Origin: a virus
IMG/VR virus record: IMGVR_UViG_3300017774_005745
Span: 64,001-128,000 of that record
Direction: 5' to 3' (one strand)
Length of the DNA: 64,000 bases
Under the pieces are notes generated by a model. The model ran no database searches, was not told the DNA's origin, and saw only the letters and a program-made list of their open reading frames with translations. The position numbers and the translations under genes are program-made. Below, one piece after another: positions 1-10,300 of this stretch; the first letter of the stretch is position 1; each line of letters opens with the position of its first letter.

Positions 1-1
1 C

Positions 2-85
2 CAAGCAGGAAAGCTGGTCGGTAAGGGAATCAATAAGGTGACTGGTTTCAAGCCCAAGAAGACTGAACAAGAGGCAACTAAGTAA
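2..85 (+). CDS. 3' end of an upstream gene (partial): basic Gly/Lys-rich C-terminus ...QAGKLVGKGINKVTGFKPKKTEQEATK*
   Basis: Open frame from the window edge to TAA 83-85, which overlaps the portal ATG (TAATG). The tail resembles the basic tail of ORF 29453-29854. Confidence 0.6.
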   Translation, partial: QAGKLVGKGINKVTGFKPKKTEQEATK

Positions 86-2163
86 TGTCACTCATTGATG
101 GCGTAAACGGAACCTCTCGATTCTCCGGTCAACGTGGGAGAACAGCCGACGGCTTGTCGAGGAGTGGTGTTCGTTACCCATCTCCCTTCTTCGACATCGG
201 TCATACGTATCTCCCTCCGTCTCTGAAGGCACTCCTTCGGTGGTGCCGGTACTACTATCTCGTGAACCCGCTCATCAATGCGGTCATTCACAAGATGTCA
301 GAGTACCCCATTACAGAGATTGTCATCGACGAGAAGGACCCAGCTATCAAGGATAAGTGGGACACTCTCCTCGGTGGTGTTCTTCGCTACAGACCATTTC
401 AGATTGAGATCGGTCTGGACTACTACACTTACGGAATTTGCTTCGTAACGATTCACTTCCCGTTCGACAAGTTCCTCATTTGCCAATCCTGTAAGCACAA
501 AGAGAAGGCTTCGAAGATTGCCTACAAGTGGAGAAACCTCGATTACGTTATCGAGTGTCCGAAGTGCAACACCGTCGGACCTGCCAAGGTTCAAGACTTC
601 TACAAGCGAGACTTGAACGGTATCCGTCTGATGCGGTGGAATCCCGAGTACGTGAACGTCGACCCCGCGTTCGCTGGGGCAAAGCCTGTCTACACCTTCG
701 AGCTCCCGCTTCAGGTACGAAACGATGTTCTTCTTGGAAAGAAGAGCGTCCTCGATACCATTCCAGACACCTTCATCGAGGCGATGAAGAGAGGGAAGTA
801 CGTTCGGTTCTCGGACGACAACATCTTCGTCTTCAGAAGACCGATCATCAGCCAGAAGGACTCTGGATGGGGCATGCCGCTTATCATGCCTGTCCTGAAG
901 GATACTTTCTATCTTCAGATTCTCAGGAAGGCGCAAGAGGCTATTGCACAGGAACACATCGTTCCAATGCGCGTTCTCTTCCCCCAGGGAAACAGCAGCA
1001 CATCTGACCCGTATACAACTATCTCCCTCGACTCATGGAAAGGAAGAATCGAAGGAGAAATCGCGAAGTGGAAGTACGACCCGAACTATATTCCAATTCT
1101 CCCTCTTCCAATCGGGAGTCAAACAATCGGCGGGGACGGTAGAGCGCTGATGCTTCACCAGGAAATGGAAGTCTGGTCGAGGCAAATCGTAGCTGGTATG
1201 GGGGTGCCCCAGGAGTTCGTCTTTGGTGGAATGCAGTACTCAGGAAGCAACGTCTCAATGAGAATGCTTGAGAACATGTTCCTCGGGTACAGAACAGACC
1301 ACGACCTGATGCTGAATCAGTTCACAATCAAGCGTATTGCTGCGTTCATGGGATGGCCTGCAGTGAAGGCCCATATGCGTCGCTTCAAGATGGCCGACGA
1401 CCTGCAACGTTCTGCCTTCTTCTTCCAGCTTAACCAGGGTCAGAAGATCTCTAACCAGACTCTTCTGCAAGAAGTTGATTTCGACCCAACTACGGAAGAT
1501 GCACGTATCAAGGGTGAACTCGATAGGCAGATTGAACTCAATCGCAAGATGCAGGTTGCACAAGCTTCTATTCAGGGCGAGATGCAGTTGGTCCAAGCCC
1601 GGTATCAGAAGCAGGCAACCGAACTGGTTTCTCAGGCTCTCCAAGGCGGAGCACCTGGGGCTCCCCAAGAAGCTGTCAATGCTCAAGCAGGTGCTGGAGT
1701 TGCGTCTGGTGCGCCTCCTGGTGCGCCGGAAGCACCCCAACCTGGAGAGCCACAAGCTCCTGGTCAGCCGGGGACCACAGGTCAAGAGGGCGAGATGCTC
1801 CAAGGACCTCAGGTCAATCCGGGAATGCCCGAAGGGTCTACGGTCTCAGCGGAGAACGCACAACAGGCACCCGCAGAAGGACTGCCCGCAGGAATTGCGA
1901 GCCCTCTCGATATGGGTACTCAGGGTGGAGGATTCAACCTTCTCTATCTCGCTCGAAGGGCAGCCACTACCCTTCAGAAGATGGACGAAGGCTCAAAGAT
2001 GTCTGAGATGAATAGAATGCAGATGACGAGTCCACAGCTCTATAGCTTGGTTCTTCAAATCATTCAGTCTGAGAAGGGTTCTCAAGAGAATCCATTGAGC
2101 GCCACTCAGAGTCCACAGCCGACTCTGAAACCATCGAGACGTCCATCCTCCACTGGTGTGTAA
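85..2163 (+). CDS. Phage portal protein with inserted Zn-ribbon and long Q/P/G/A-rich C-terminal extension
   Basis: Portal-like sequence pattern (YYLVNPLINAVIHKMSEYP; GWGMPLIMPVLK; QIVAGMGVPQEFVFGG), CQSC...CPKC insert, and location in a virion gene cluster with terminase, protease and capsid. Confidence 0.8.
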   Translation: MSLIDGVNGTSRFSGQRGRTADGLSRSGVRYPSPFFDIGHTYLPPSLKALLRWCRYYYLVNPLINAVIHKMSEYPITEIVIDEKDPAIKDKWDTLLGGVLRYRPFQIEIGLDYYTYGICFVTIHFPFDKFLICQSCKHKEKASKIAYKWRNLDYVIECPKCNTVGPAKVQDFYKRDLNGIRLMRWNPEYVNVDPAFAGAKPVYTFELPLQVRNDVLLGKKSVLDTIPDTFIEAMKRGKYVRFSDDNIFVFRRPIISQKDSGWGMPLIMPVLKDTFYLQILRKAQEAIAQEHIVPMRVLFPQGNSSTSDPYTTISLDSWKGRIEGEIAKWKYDPNYIPILPLPIGSQTIGGDGRALMLHQEMEVWSRQIVAGMGVPQEFVFGGMQYSGSNVSMRMLENMFLGYRTDHDLMLNQFTIKRIAAFMGWPAVKAHMRRFKMADDLQRSAFFFQLNQGQKISNQTLLQEVDFDPTTEDARIKGELDRQIELNRKMQVAQASIQGEMQLVQARYQKQATELVSQALQGGAPGAPQEAVNAQAGAGVASGAPPGAPEAPQPGEPQAPGQPGTTGQEGEMLQGPQVNPGMPEGSTVSAENAQQAPAEGLPAGIASPLDMGTQGGGFNLLYLARRAATTLQKMDEGSKMSEMNRMQMTSPQLYSLVLQIIQSEKGSQENPLSATQSPQPTLKPSRRPSSTGV

Positions 2164-2176
2164 GTAGGGAGCTTCA

Positions 2177-2767
2177 ATGGTATCGCCACTCAAAGTAAAG
2201 ATGTTCGTTATCAGCGACCTTGTTCCGATCGCTGTCAATGTCATTACTCTGGGTCTCGCGATTGGAGCTCACCTTACTCCACAAGACCCACCCATCCCTC
2301 TCCCTGGGTGGGTAATTCTGTGGGCCGTCGTAGTTGCCTCATTCGCGATGACGATTGGGATGTTCGTTCAAAGACGGAACCTCTTCAAGCAGTATCGGTT
2401 CGTCTGTGACGGCATCATTGTGGGTTGGGCGTCTGACGAGTACGCAGTGAAGCCAGAGGAGTTTCAAGAACAGCTTCGAGAGCTTCTTGCCATTCTCGCT
2501 ACTGGCTTTCCGAAGGCTGGAGAGGCTCTGTATGGTTGCGCTGTTCTATTCAGGGAGCCGAAGTGGGCTCTGGATACGAGAGCCGGGAAGCTTCAGAACT
2601 TCGTTGCAGGTCTTCAAGATGGGATGTTCCTTCAGGTTGGTTGGAACGCCGACCTCGATAAGACGGCGCTGAAGCATGAGCTCACTCACCGGGTGTTTCA
2701 AGTCCAGGCGGGTGACCCTCCTCAAGATGTAGCGCATAAGAACATGAGCGACCTTGGAATCTTCTGA
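2177..2767 (+). CDS. Membrane-anchored putative zincin-like metallopeptidase
   Basis: Two N-terminal hydrophobic segments and an HExxH motif (KHELTHR) near the C-terminus. Confidence 0.5.
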   Translation: MVSPLKVKMFVISDLVPIAVNVITLGLAIGAHLTPQDPPIPLPGWVILWAVVVASFAMTIGMFVQRRNLFKQYRFVCDGIIVGWASDEYAVKPEEFQEQLRELLAILATGFPKAGEALYGCAVLFREPKWALDTRAGKLQNFVAGLQDGMFLQVGWNADLDKTALKHELTHRVFQVQAGDPPQDVAHKNMSDLGIF

Positions 2768-2769
2768 AG

Positions 2770-2799
2770 GCTAAAAAACGACTCAACCTACGAGTCGTT
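2770..2799. terminator. Intrinsic (probably bidirectional) terminator
   Basis: Stem AACGACTC/GAGTCGTT (2777-2784/2792-2799) at a convergent junction; the - strand reads hairpin-TTTTTTAGC. Confidence 0.7.
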
Positions 2800-3015
2800 C
2801 TCCTTTGGAAAGAAGATACAGAGCTTCTCCAATCTCCCATGAATCTCTCTGAAACGCTCCGAGAGCTCTGACATCTCTTGGACGAGTGCTTTCGGAGCAC
2901 CCTGCATCTGTATCTTCACGAACAGGTTGTACTGCGTTCTCCAGAGGGCAAGAGTGTCCTCCGTGAACCGCTCCATCTCCTCTTTGGAGATGGGCTCGCT
3001 TACATCAATCCCCAT
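2788..3015 (-). CDS. Hypothetical protein (75 aa, MGIDVSEP...)
   Basis: ATG 3015 with GAGGAG RBS overlapping the end of the upstream ORF; helical composition. Confidence 0.65.
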   Translation of the reverse strand: MGIDVSEPISKEEMERFTEDTLALWRTQYNLFVKIQMQGAPKALVQEMSELSERFREIHGRLEKLCIFFPKENDS

Positions 3016-3400
3016 CGAGCTTCTCCTCACAGACAGAGCAGAGGGCTTCCTGGGACGAGAGTTCGGAATACGAGACTCCGAATACGTCCAGGGTGATTGA
3101 GTCGATGACTGCTTCGACTTCATCGGTGGAATCGATTACATTCAAGGAGAGCCAAGCAATAGAGCACAGCTCGTGAAGAGTGGCCTCTCCTGCCGTGAGC
3201 CTGTCTTCCACAATCATTGGCTGCCCGCTCTTCTTACCTCTCCCAAGCACACCGTGGTCGATGGTTACTGCTCGGTCTCCAATCCAGATAGGTTTGCTAC
3301 AGACTGGGCATATCTTCGAGCTTGGTGGTTTGTACTCCCGTACCTCTTGCGTTTGGGCCTGAGGTTGGATTTGAGCGAGCACATCTTCGTACTTAAACAT
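3005..3400 (-). CDS. Small Zn-finger protein (CPVC...HELC, CSVC)
   Basis: ATG 3400 preceded by GAAAGAG; Cys/His ligand pattern; operon-like overlaps. Confidence 0.65.
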   Translation of the reverse strand: MFKYEDVLAQIQPQAQTQEVREYKPPSSKICPVCSKPIWIGDRAVTIDHGVLGRGKKSGQPMIVEDRLTAGEATLHELCSIAWLSLNVIDSTDEVEAVIDSITLDVFGVSYSELSSQEALCSVCEEKLDGD

Positions 3401-3617
3401 CGTCTCTTTCCCCGTCCGCTCCAATCAAGAATAGAGACCCTTCCTGAGCAGCACATGACATGTGAGAGAACCTCTCTTCTGTTTGGTCGTCGAACTTGGA
3501 TCTCAGTAGCTGGTAAGTGCTTCCATCATCGGAGGTGGCGTATCGGTACGCGGTGAGTCGAATCACAGAGTCGTCTTCTGTGAACTCATCACCGCACACA
3601 CAGCAGGTGAGAGTCAT
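3393..3617 (-). CDS. Small Zn-finger protein (CCVC...HMSC)
   Basis: ATGA overlap with the upstream stop; same CxxC...HxxC spacing class as the neighbouring ORF. Confidence 0.65.
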   Translation of the reverse strand: MTLTCCVCGDEFTEDDSVIRLTAYRYATSDDGSTYQLLRSKFDDQTEERFSHMSCAAQEGSLFLIGADGERDDV

Positions 3618-4003
3618 TTGGGAGGCATCCGAATCACGAGTTGAAGTACCGGAGAACCGAAGCCGCAAGTAGTACAGCCATCCAGGATTCTGTCGTTGTC
3701 TACGAGCACATACTCATCTGGAAAGCCGTAGTACTTGCTTCCTTGATAGAAGCCCGGAAGCGACCTCTGGGTGTTGTCCAGGTCGTGCTCGAAGGAGTCT
3801 TTGATACACTGGTCACACTCCCACGATACAAGGCAGTTGGTGGTTTGTATGAGGTGCTTTATCCATCGATCCATGATGGGACACTCACAACAGTCGTACG
3901 GTTTATCGCACTTTCCAACTGTTCGGTGTGGTGCATTTGCTCCTCCATTTACCTCGAAGAGGAGCGGGCAAAATGCCATTCTAAATTCGCTCTCATCATG
4001 CAT
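3614..4003 (-). CDS. Cys-rich hypothetical protein
   Basis: 129-aa ORF with several CxxC pairs (CCEC, CDQC, CTTC); tightly packed operon. Confidence 0.65.
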   Translation of the reverse strand: MHDESEFRMAFCPLLFEVNGGANAPHRTVGKCDKPYDCCECPIMDRWIKHLIQTTNCLVSWECDQCIKDSFEHDLDNTQRSLPGFYQGSKYYGFPDEYVLVDNDRILDGCTTCGFGSPVLQLVIRMPPK

Positions 4004-4088
4004 TTATTCTGCTCAGTGCAAGTTGGAAGCGGGTGTGAAAGTACAGCACAAAACTAAGAGTGAATGAGGCCAGGAACAGTTTCCACAT
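3996..4088 (-). CDS. Possible 30-aa hydrophobic peptide (MWKLFLASFTLSFVLYF...)
   Basis: ATG 4088 with AGAGGT RBS; stop overlaps the next start. The longer 4244 start lacks RBS spacing. Confidence 0.35.
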   Translation of the reverse strand: MWKLFLASFTLSFVLYFHTRFQLALSRINA

Positions 4089-4241
4089 TTTTACCTCTCT
4101 TCTTTTTCTCTTTCTTCTTGGCCTTTTGAATCCAGAACAGAATGTGCCCCAAGATAGCGTTATCCATATCTTCTTGGTGCATTTGGAGCTGCGACCGCTC
4201 TTCCAAGTGTCCCCCGTATATGAAGGCCAGCTTTTTGCTGA

Positions 4242-4276
4242 CAACTCCTTATACCCAGACAGTTGAATGACTTTGT
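4242..4276 (-). promoter_or_regulatory. Phage promoter-like motif (CAA-N20-ATAAG)
   Basis: GGGTATAAG at 4248-4256 (- strand) with CAA 23 nt upstream, heading the 4088-2788 operon. Confidence 0.5.
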
Positions 4277-4394
4277 TGACCTGGCCTCAGCGATGACGAT
4301 AAGGTCGTATTTCAAGGTTCAATGACCTCTGCTGCGATGAGGTAGAGCCGGGAACGCCATAAACCACTGCGCAGGGTGGCCGAAAGAGGATGAC

Positions 4395-7300
4395 GTGGAT
4401 AACCTGACTCCAGAAGGTTCGTTCGACGTATTGAAGAACAATATCACCACTACCATCTCTTCTTTCTTTCCGTACGAAGGAAAAACGCGCCGTCTCCAGA
4501 TTGACAAAATCTGGGTGGACGACAAGCTCAATACCGAAGACATCCAGTCCCAAGCCCAGGCAAAGGACATGGATAGGACGTGGGGCGTTCCCGTTAAGGC
4601 GGACATCTCGCTCGTCGATAAGTTGACCGGCAAGGTCATTGATAAGAAGTCGATGACTGTTGCAAGACTTCCGAAGCTCACCAATCGATACGGATTCATT
4701 GTCGATGGAAATGAGTATCAGGTCGACCACCTGTTTCGTTTGAAGTCGGGAGTATACTCCCGCATCCAGGACAACGGTGACTTGGAGTCCGAGTTCAACC
4801 TTGTTCGTGGTCCTGCCGGTAACCGCTTCTCCATCAAGCTAGAAAGAGAGAAGAAGAGATTCTTCATCAAGAAGGGCGATGCACACATCCCTCTCTATCC
4901 CATCCTCAAGGCGATGGGAGTCTCAGATGATCAGATGGAGAAGGACTGGGGAAAGGAAATCTTTCTCGCGAATAAGCCCAAGACAGAAGACAAGACCCTC
5001 AAGTCGCTTCAGTCTTTCTTCAAGAAGACCTCCTTCGATGATGTCGTTGAGCCTACCGATGTAGCAGGCTACGGTAAGTACGTTCACGACTTCTTCGAGA
5101 AGACGGTTCTTCGCCCCGACACGACAAAGATTACTCTCGGTCGAGAGGCGTCTAAAGTAGACGGCCAGGTTCTTCAGATTGCTGCGAACAAGATTCTCGG
5201 TGTCTCTAGAGGAACGCATCAGCCAGACGACCGAGATAGCCTCGCCTTCAAGGAGATTGTCTCGGTCGAGGACTTCCTTCCTGAGAAGATTGAACGCGCT
5301 GCCAAGACCATCAAATCAAAGCTTCGCAACACGATTGACCTCAAGGACAAGCTGTCTGTGTCTGAGGTTGTATCAGCGGACCTCTTTGCCCGCCCCATCC
5401 GTGAGTTCTTCACAAAGGGCGGCTCACTGACAGAGCGACCGGACCAGACGAACCCAATCTCAATGATGTCCGGTCATCGTAAGACCACCCTCATGGCCTC
5501 GGACTTGGGCGGTATCAAGCGAGACCACTCACTCACCGATGAGATGCGTGTCGTGAATCCGAGCCACTTCGGCTTCCTCGACCCAATGCACACGCCTGAG
5601 TCTGAGCGTACTGGCATCACCCTGCATCTTGGCATGGCTGCTCGAAAGAATGGAAAGGAGCTGGAGACTCCTGTCTTCGACATCAAGAAGAACAGCATTC
5701 AGTACATGACGGCTCCCGCGTTCCACGAAGTGTCGGCGGTTCTTCCCGACCAGGTTCGTTGGGTCAAAGGAAAGCCAGTTCCAGTTGCTCCAACGGTCAA
5801 GGTCAAGCTCCCAGGCGGCTCCATTGAGCTCCGACCATTCTCTGAGGCTTCGTTCGTATTGCCCTCCTCCAAGGGCATGTTCGATATGGCCTCGAACCTG
5901 ATTCCCTTCCTTGCATCCAATCAAGGAAACCGCGTCTCGATGGCGGACAAGCAGATGGAGCAGGCTATCAGTTTGAAGTTCCGTGAGTCGCCTCTTGTGC
6001 AGTCTAAGACGGACCACGCTCAAGCTGGAATGACCTTCGAGAAAGTACTCGGAGGATTCAGTTCGCACAGAGCCTCTGTTTCAGGAACTATCAAGTCAAT
6101 CAAAGACGACCACATCGTCATCAACGACGGTAAGAAGAACCACCAAGTTCACCTCTACAATCACTTTCCCTTGAATGACCCGAAGGGAATGATGCACTCT
6201 GAGGCGGTGGTTGCTGTTGGAGACAAGGTCACTCAAGGACAGGTTATCGCCGACACCAACTTCACCAAGAAGGGTGTCTTGGCTCTTGGGTCCAACCTTC
6301 GAGTTGGTTACATCCCGTACAAGGGGTACAACTACGAAGACGGTATCGTCATCTCCGAGACGGCGTCTCAGAAGCTCAGCTCAGAGCACTTGCATAAGAA
6401 GTCGGTTGAGTTCGACCCAGAGAACGATGTGGTCTCGAAGCAGAAGTTCCTGTCGTTCGCCGCGACACGGGCCAATCAGCTTACGAAAGAGCAAATCAAT
6501 CTCCTCGACGATGATGGTATCGTTCGAGTTGGTTCGAAGGTCAGTCCTGGGCAGGTGCTGATTGCCGCCGTCGGAAAGAACCTCGCGTCGCGCCAGAGTG
6601 GGGCTCTTGCTGCCCTCGGCAAGAGAGCATTCCAGCCATACAAGGATAAGTCACTTGTATGGGATGAAGACCATCAGGGAGAGGTCGTCAAGGTAATCAA
6701 AGACCCGTCTGGAAAGAGTGCGAAGGTCTACGTCAAGACAGTCGAACCTCTCGTTATCGGCGACAAGCTCTCAGGACGGCACGGTAACAAGGGCATCGTG
6801 ACCATGATCCTTCCGGACCATGAGATGCCATTCACCAAGGACGAGAAGGGGGAGAAGAGACCTCTTGAGGTTCTTCTCAACCCTACTGGCGTTCCGACTC
6901 GAATCAACGTCGGACAGGTGCTTGAGACTGCCGCTGGGAAGATTGCGGAGAAGACGGGCAAGACATACATCGTCAATAACTTCGAAGGACCCATCTCGGA
7001 CAACACCCAGAAGGTCATTCAAGAGCTCAAGCAGCACGGTCTCTCAGACGAAGAGAACGTCTACGACCCAATGCACCCGAGTAAGGTCCTTGGTTCTGTT
7101 CTCGTCGGTCCTCAGCACCTTCTCAAGCTCAAGCACCAAGTAGAGAAGAAGCTCACCGTTCGAGGCGGCGGGACTGACCTCAATGGACGCCCTCTCACCT
7201 ACGACGTCGACAAGTCTCCTACGAAAGGTGGCGAACGAGGCGGTCAAGGAGTTGGAGCTCTCGACTTCTACTCTCTGTTGGCGCACAACGCTCGTCACAA

Positions 7301-10300
7301 CATTCGTGAGATGGCGACGTACAAGTCTGACATGCAGGATTCTACCTTCTGGAACATGATTCAAGAAGGGTATGAGCCGCCGCCACCGAAGGCTCCCTTT
7401 AGCTATCAGAAGTTCGTTGGTCTCTTGAACGGACTGGGCGTGAATGTCGATAAGAAGGGCTCTGTTCTTCAGCTCACTCCGCTCACCGATGCAAAGGTAA
7501 TGGAGATGGCAGGAGGAGCACGCGGTGAGCTCTCGAAGCCTCACCTCCTGCTTCGTGCAAAAGACTTGAGAGAAGAGAAGGGTGGCCTCTTCGACCCCAT
7601 CGCTACAGGCGGTCTCTCTGGCAACAAGTGGAGCTTCATCAAGCTCATCGAGCCAATCCCAAATCCCATCTTCGTTGGCTCAAACCACCGGCCTGGACCC
7701 GTTCCTTCCCTTCTTGGATTGAAGATGAAGGAGTTCGAGTCTGTGATGACGGGGGAGACGAAGCTCAATGGAAAGACGGGAGGGCATGCAGTCCTCGATG
7801 CTCTCAAGAAGGTGGATGTTCCTGGAGAGATGAAGTCTCTCCGAGAGAAGCTCCCGACACTTACTGGAGCTGACCTGGACAGAGCAAACAAGAAGCTGAA
7901 GTACCTCATGGCTCTCTCTGAGACAGGGCTGAGTCCCGACGTGGCGTACATGATGAAGGTGGTTCCGGTCCTTCCTCCTGCTTTCAGACCCGCGACCGTT
8001 ACCCACAAGGGAGACCTTCAAACTTCGTCACTCAACGGTCTCTACAAGAACATCGCAATCCTCAACAACAAGCTCACTGAGGTTGATCCGAGAACGTACT
8101 CAGAGACGCACAGAGCTCCGCTACGTTCTCAACTCTATGAGAGCGTGAAAGCGCTGCAGTCTATTGGCGGTTCTGTCGGTTACGACATGGATACTCCTGC
8201 GAGCTCCAAGAGAGCCCTGAAGGGTATCCTTGACATCATCGGAGGAGGAGAGGGAGAGCAGCCTAAGGATGCCTTCTTCCAATCCAGACTCATCAAGCGC
8301 CGTCAGAACCTTTCGATTCGTTCTACCATCGTTCCAGAGCCCAAGCTTGGAATTGACGAGGTCGGTCTCCCTCGTGGTGCGGCAATGGAGCTCTACAAGC
8401 CATTCGTTGTCGCCGAACTCTTCAAGACGGGCTTCCGGCCTCTTGATGCGCAGCTTGAGATGAAGAAGGGGTCGAAGGTCGCATTCGATGCTCTTGAGCG
8501 TGTGGTGAAGGACCGTCCTCTTCTTTTGAAGCGTGACCCCTCTCTCCACAAGTTCTCAGTCATGGCGTTCACCCCGAAGCTGATTGAGGGCAAGGCTATT
8601 CAAATCCACCCTCTCGTCACTGGCGGCTATAACGCAGACTTCGACGGGGATACCATGGCAGGGACTGTTCCTCTCACCAGAGAGGCAGTCGATGAAGCGA
8701 AGAAGATGTTCCCGTCTAAGAACCTCTTCTCGCCGACAACTGGCGCTGTCATGTACTCGCCAACTCAAGATTCAATGTTGGGACTCCACCTCATCTCTCG
8801 ATGGGGCACTAAGACGTCCAAGACCTTCGCGTCTCCAATCGAGCTCAACAAGGCCTTCGACAAGGGTGAGGTGACTCCGACAGACGTAGTGAAGGTCGGA
8901 GGGAAGGAAACGACTCTTGGTCGGCTTCTCTTGGAGTCGAGAATGCCGAGAGACTTCCACCTCAATAAGGACATTCTCCACAACCCTCTTTGGGTCATTG
9001 ATAAGAAGTCACTGACTTCTCAAATCATCACTCCGCTTGCAAAGAACCATACGAGAGACTTCGCCCATGTCGTTGACCAATTGAAGGACCTGGGTAACGA
9101 GTGGGCCTACAAGATGGGGTTCTCGTTCGGTCTGAAGGACCTTGCGACGATTCCGCAGCGTGGGAAGATTCTTGGAGATGCCAACAAGCTCGCCATCGAC
9201 ATCAAGAAGAATGTCAAAGACAAGGGAGAGCAAGACAAGCAACTCATCGAAGTCTACCAGAAGGCCACAGAGCAACTGGAGCACGCAGCCAGAATGCCTT
9301 CAGGTCAGAACAGACTGGCAGACATGGTTATCTCTGGGGCACGTGGTAAGCCTGAGCAGCTTCGCCAGATGATTGCGGCTCCCATGCTGGTCCAAGACTC
9401 CCATAACAACACCATACCGACCCCTATCCTTCGAAACTACGCAGAGGGATTGGATATTGGAGATTATTGGCTCGCACAGCACGGTGCTCGAAAGGGCACT
9501 TTGCAGCGCGTTCTTGGCACTTCTGAGCCTGGTGTTGTTTCGAAGGACATCATCAACTCCACTATCGCCACCATCATCGCCTCTCCTGACTGTAAGACGA
9601 CGCATGGGATGCTTATGGAGGTCGGTCACAAAGACATCAACGACCGCTACCTCTCAAAGAGCTACAAGCTCAAAGACGGACACGAGATCAAGGCAGGCAC
9701 CCTCATCACTCCGGAAGTTCTCAACCACTTCAAGAACTCAAAGATTGATAAGGTCTTGGTACGGTCTCCTCTTAAGTGCCAGCACGGAGAGGGAATCTGT
9801 GCGAAGTGCTTTGGTCTGAACGAGAGCGGCAAGCTCCACGAAGTCGGCATCAACATCGGAGTGCTTGCAGGGCAGGCACTCTCAGAGCCTGCTGTTCAGA
9901 TGGCGATGGATGCCTTCCATACGGGAGGTGTTGCATCCGGTAGAGGTGCAATGTCTGTGGACCGTCTGACTCGTCTCAGGAACGCGCTGAATCTTCCAGC
10001 AAAGCTCAAGAACTCTGCTACACTCTCAAGAGTCACTGGTAAGATTACAAACATCAAGAAGGACGCCGTCGGTGGTGTGGACCTCTTCATTGGAGACGAG
10101 AAGCACTTCGTTCCAAAGGACCTGGTCAATCACGACATCAAGGTGGGGGACGAGGTCAAGAAAGGACAGCAGGTCTCTCACGGATTCACGAACCCACACC
10201 ATCTTCTCCCACTCACTGACATGCACACTGTTCAGAACCACCTGACCAATGAGATGTATGGTGGGCTGTATGAGAAGGAAGGCGTTCGAAAGAGAAATGT

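Noticed and set aside
2177-2767. Holin
   Set aside because: Large soluble domain with HExxH and no adjacent endolysin; topology alone is insufficient.
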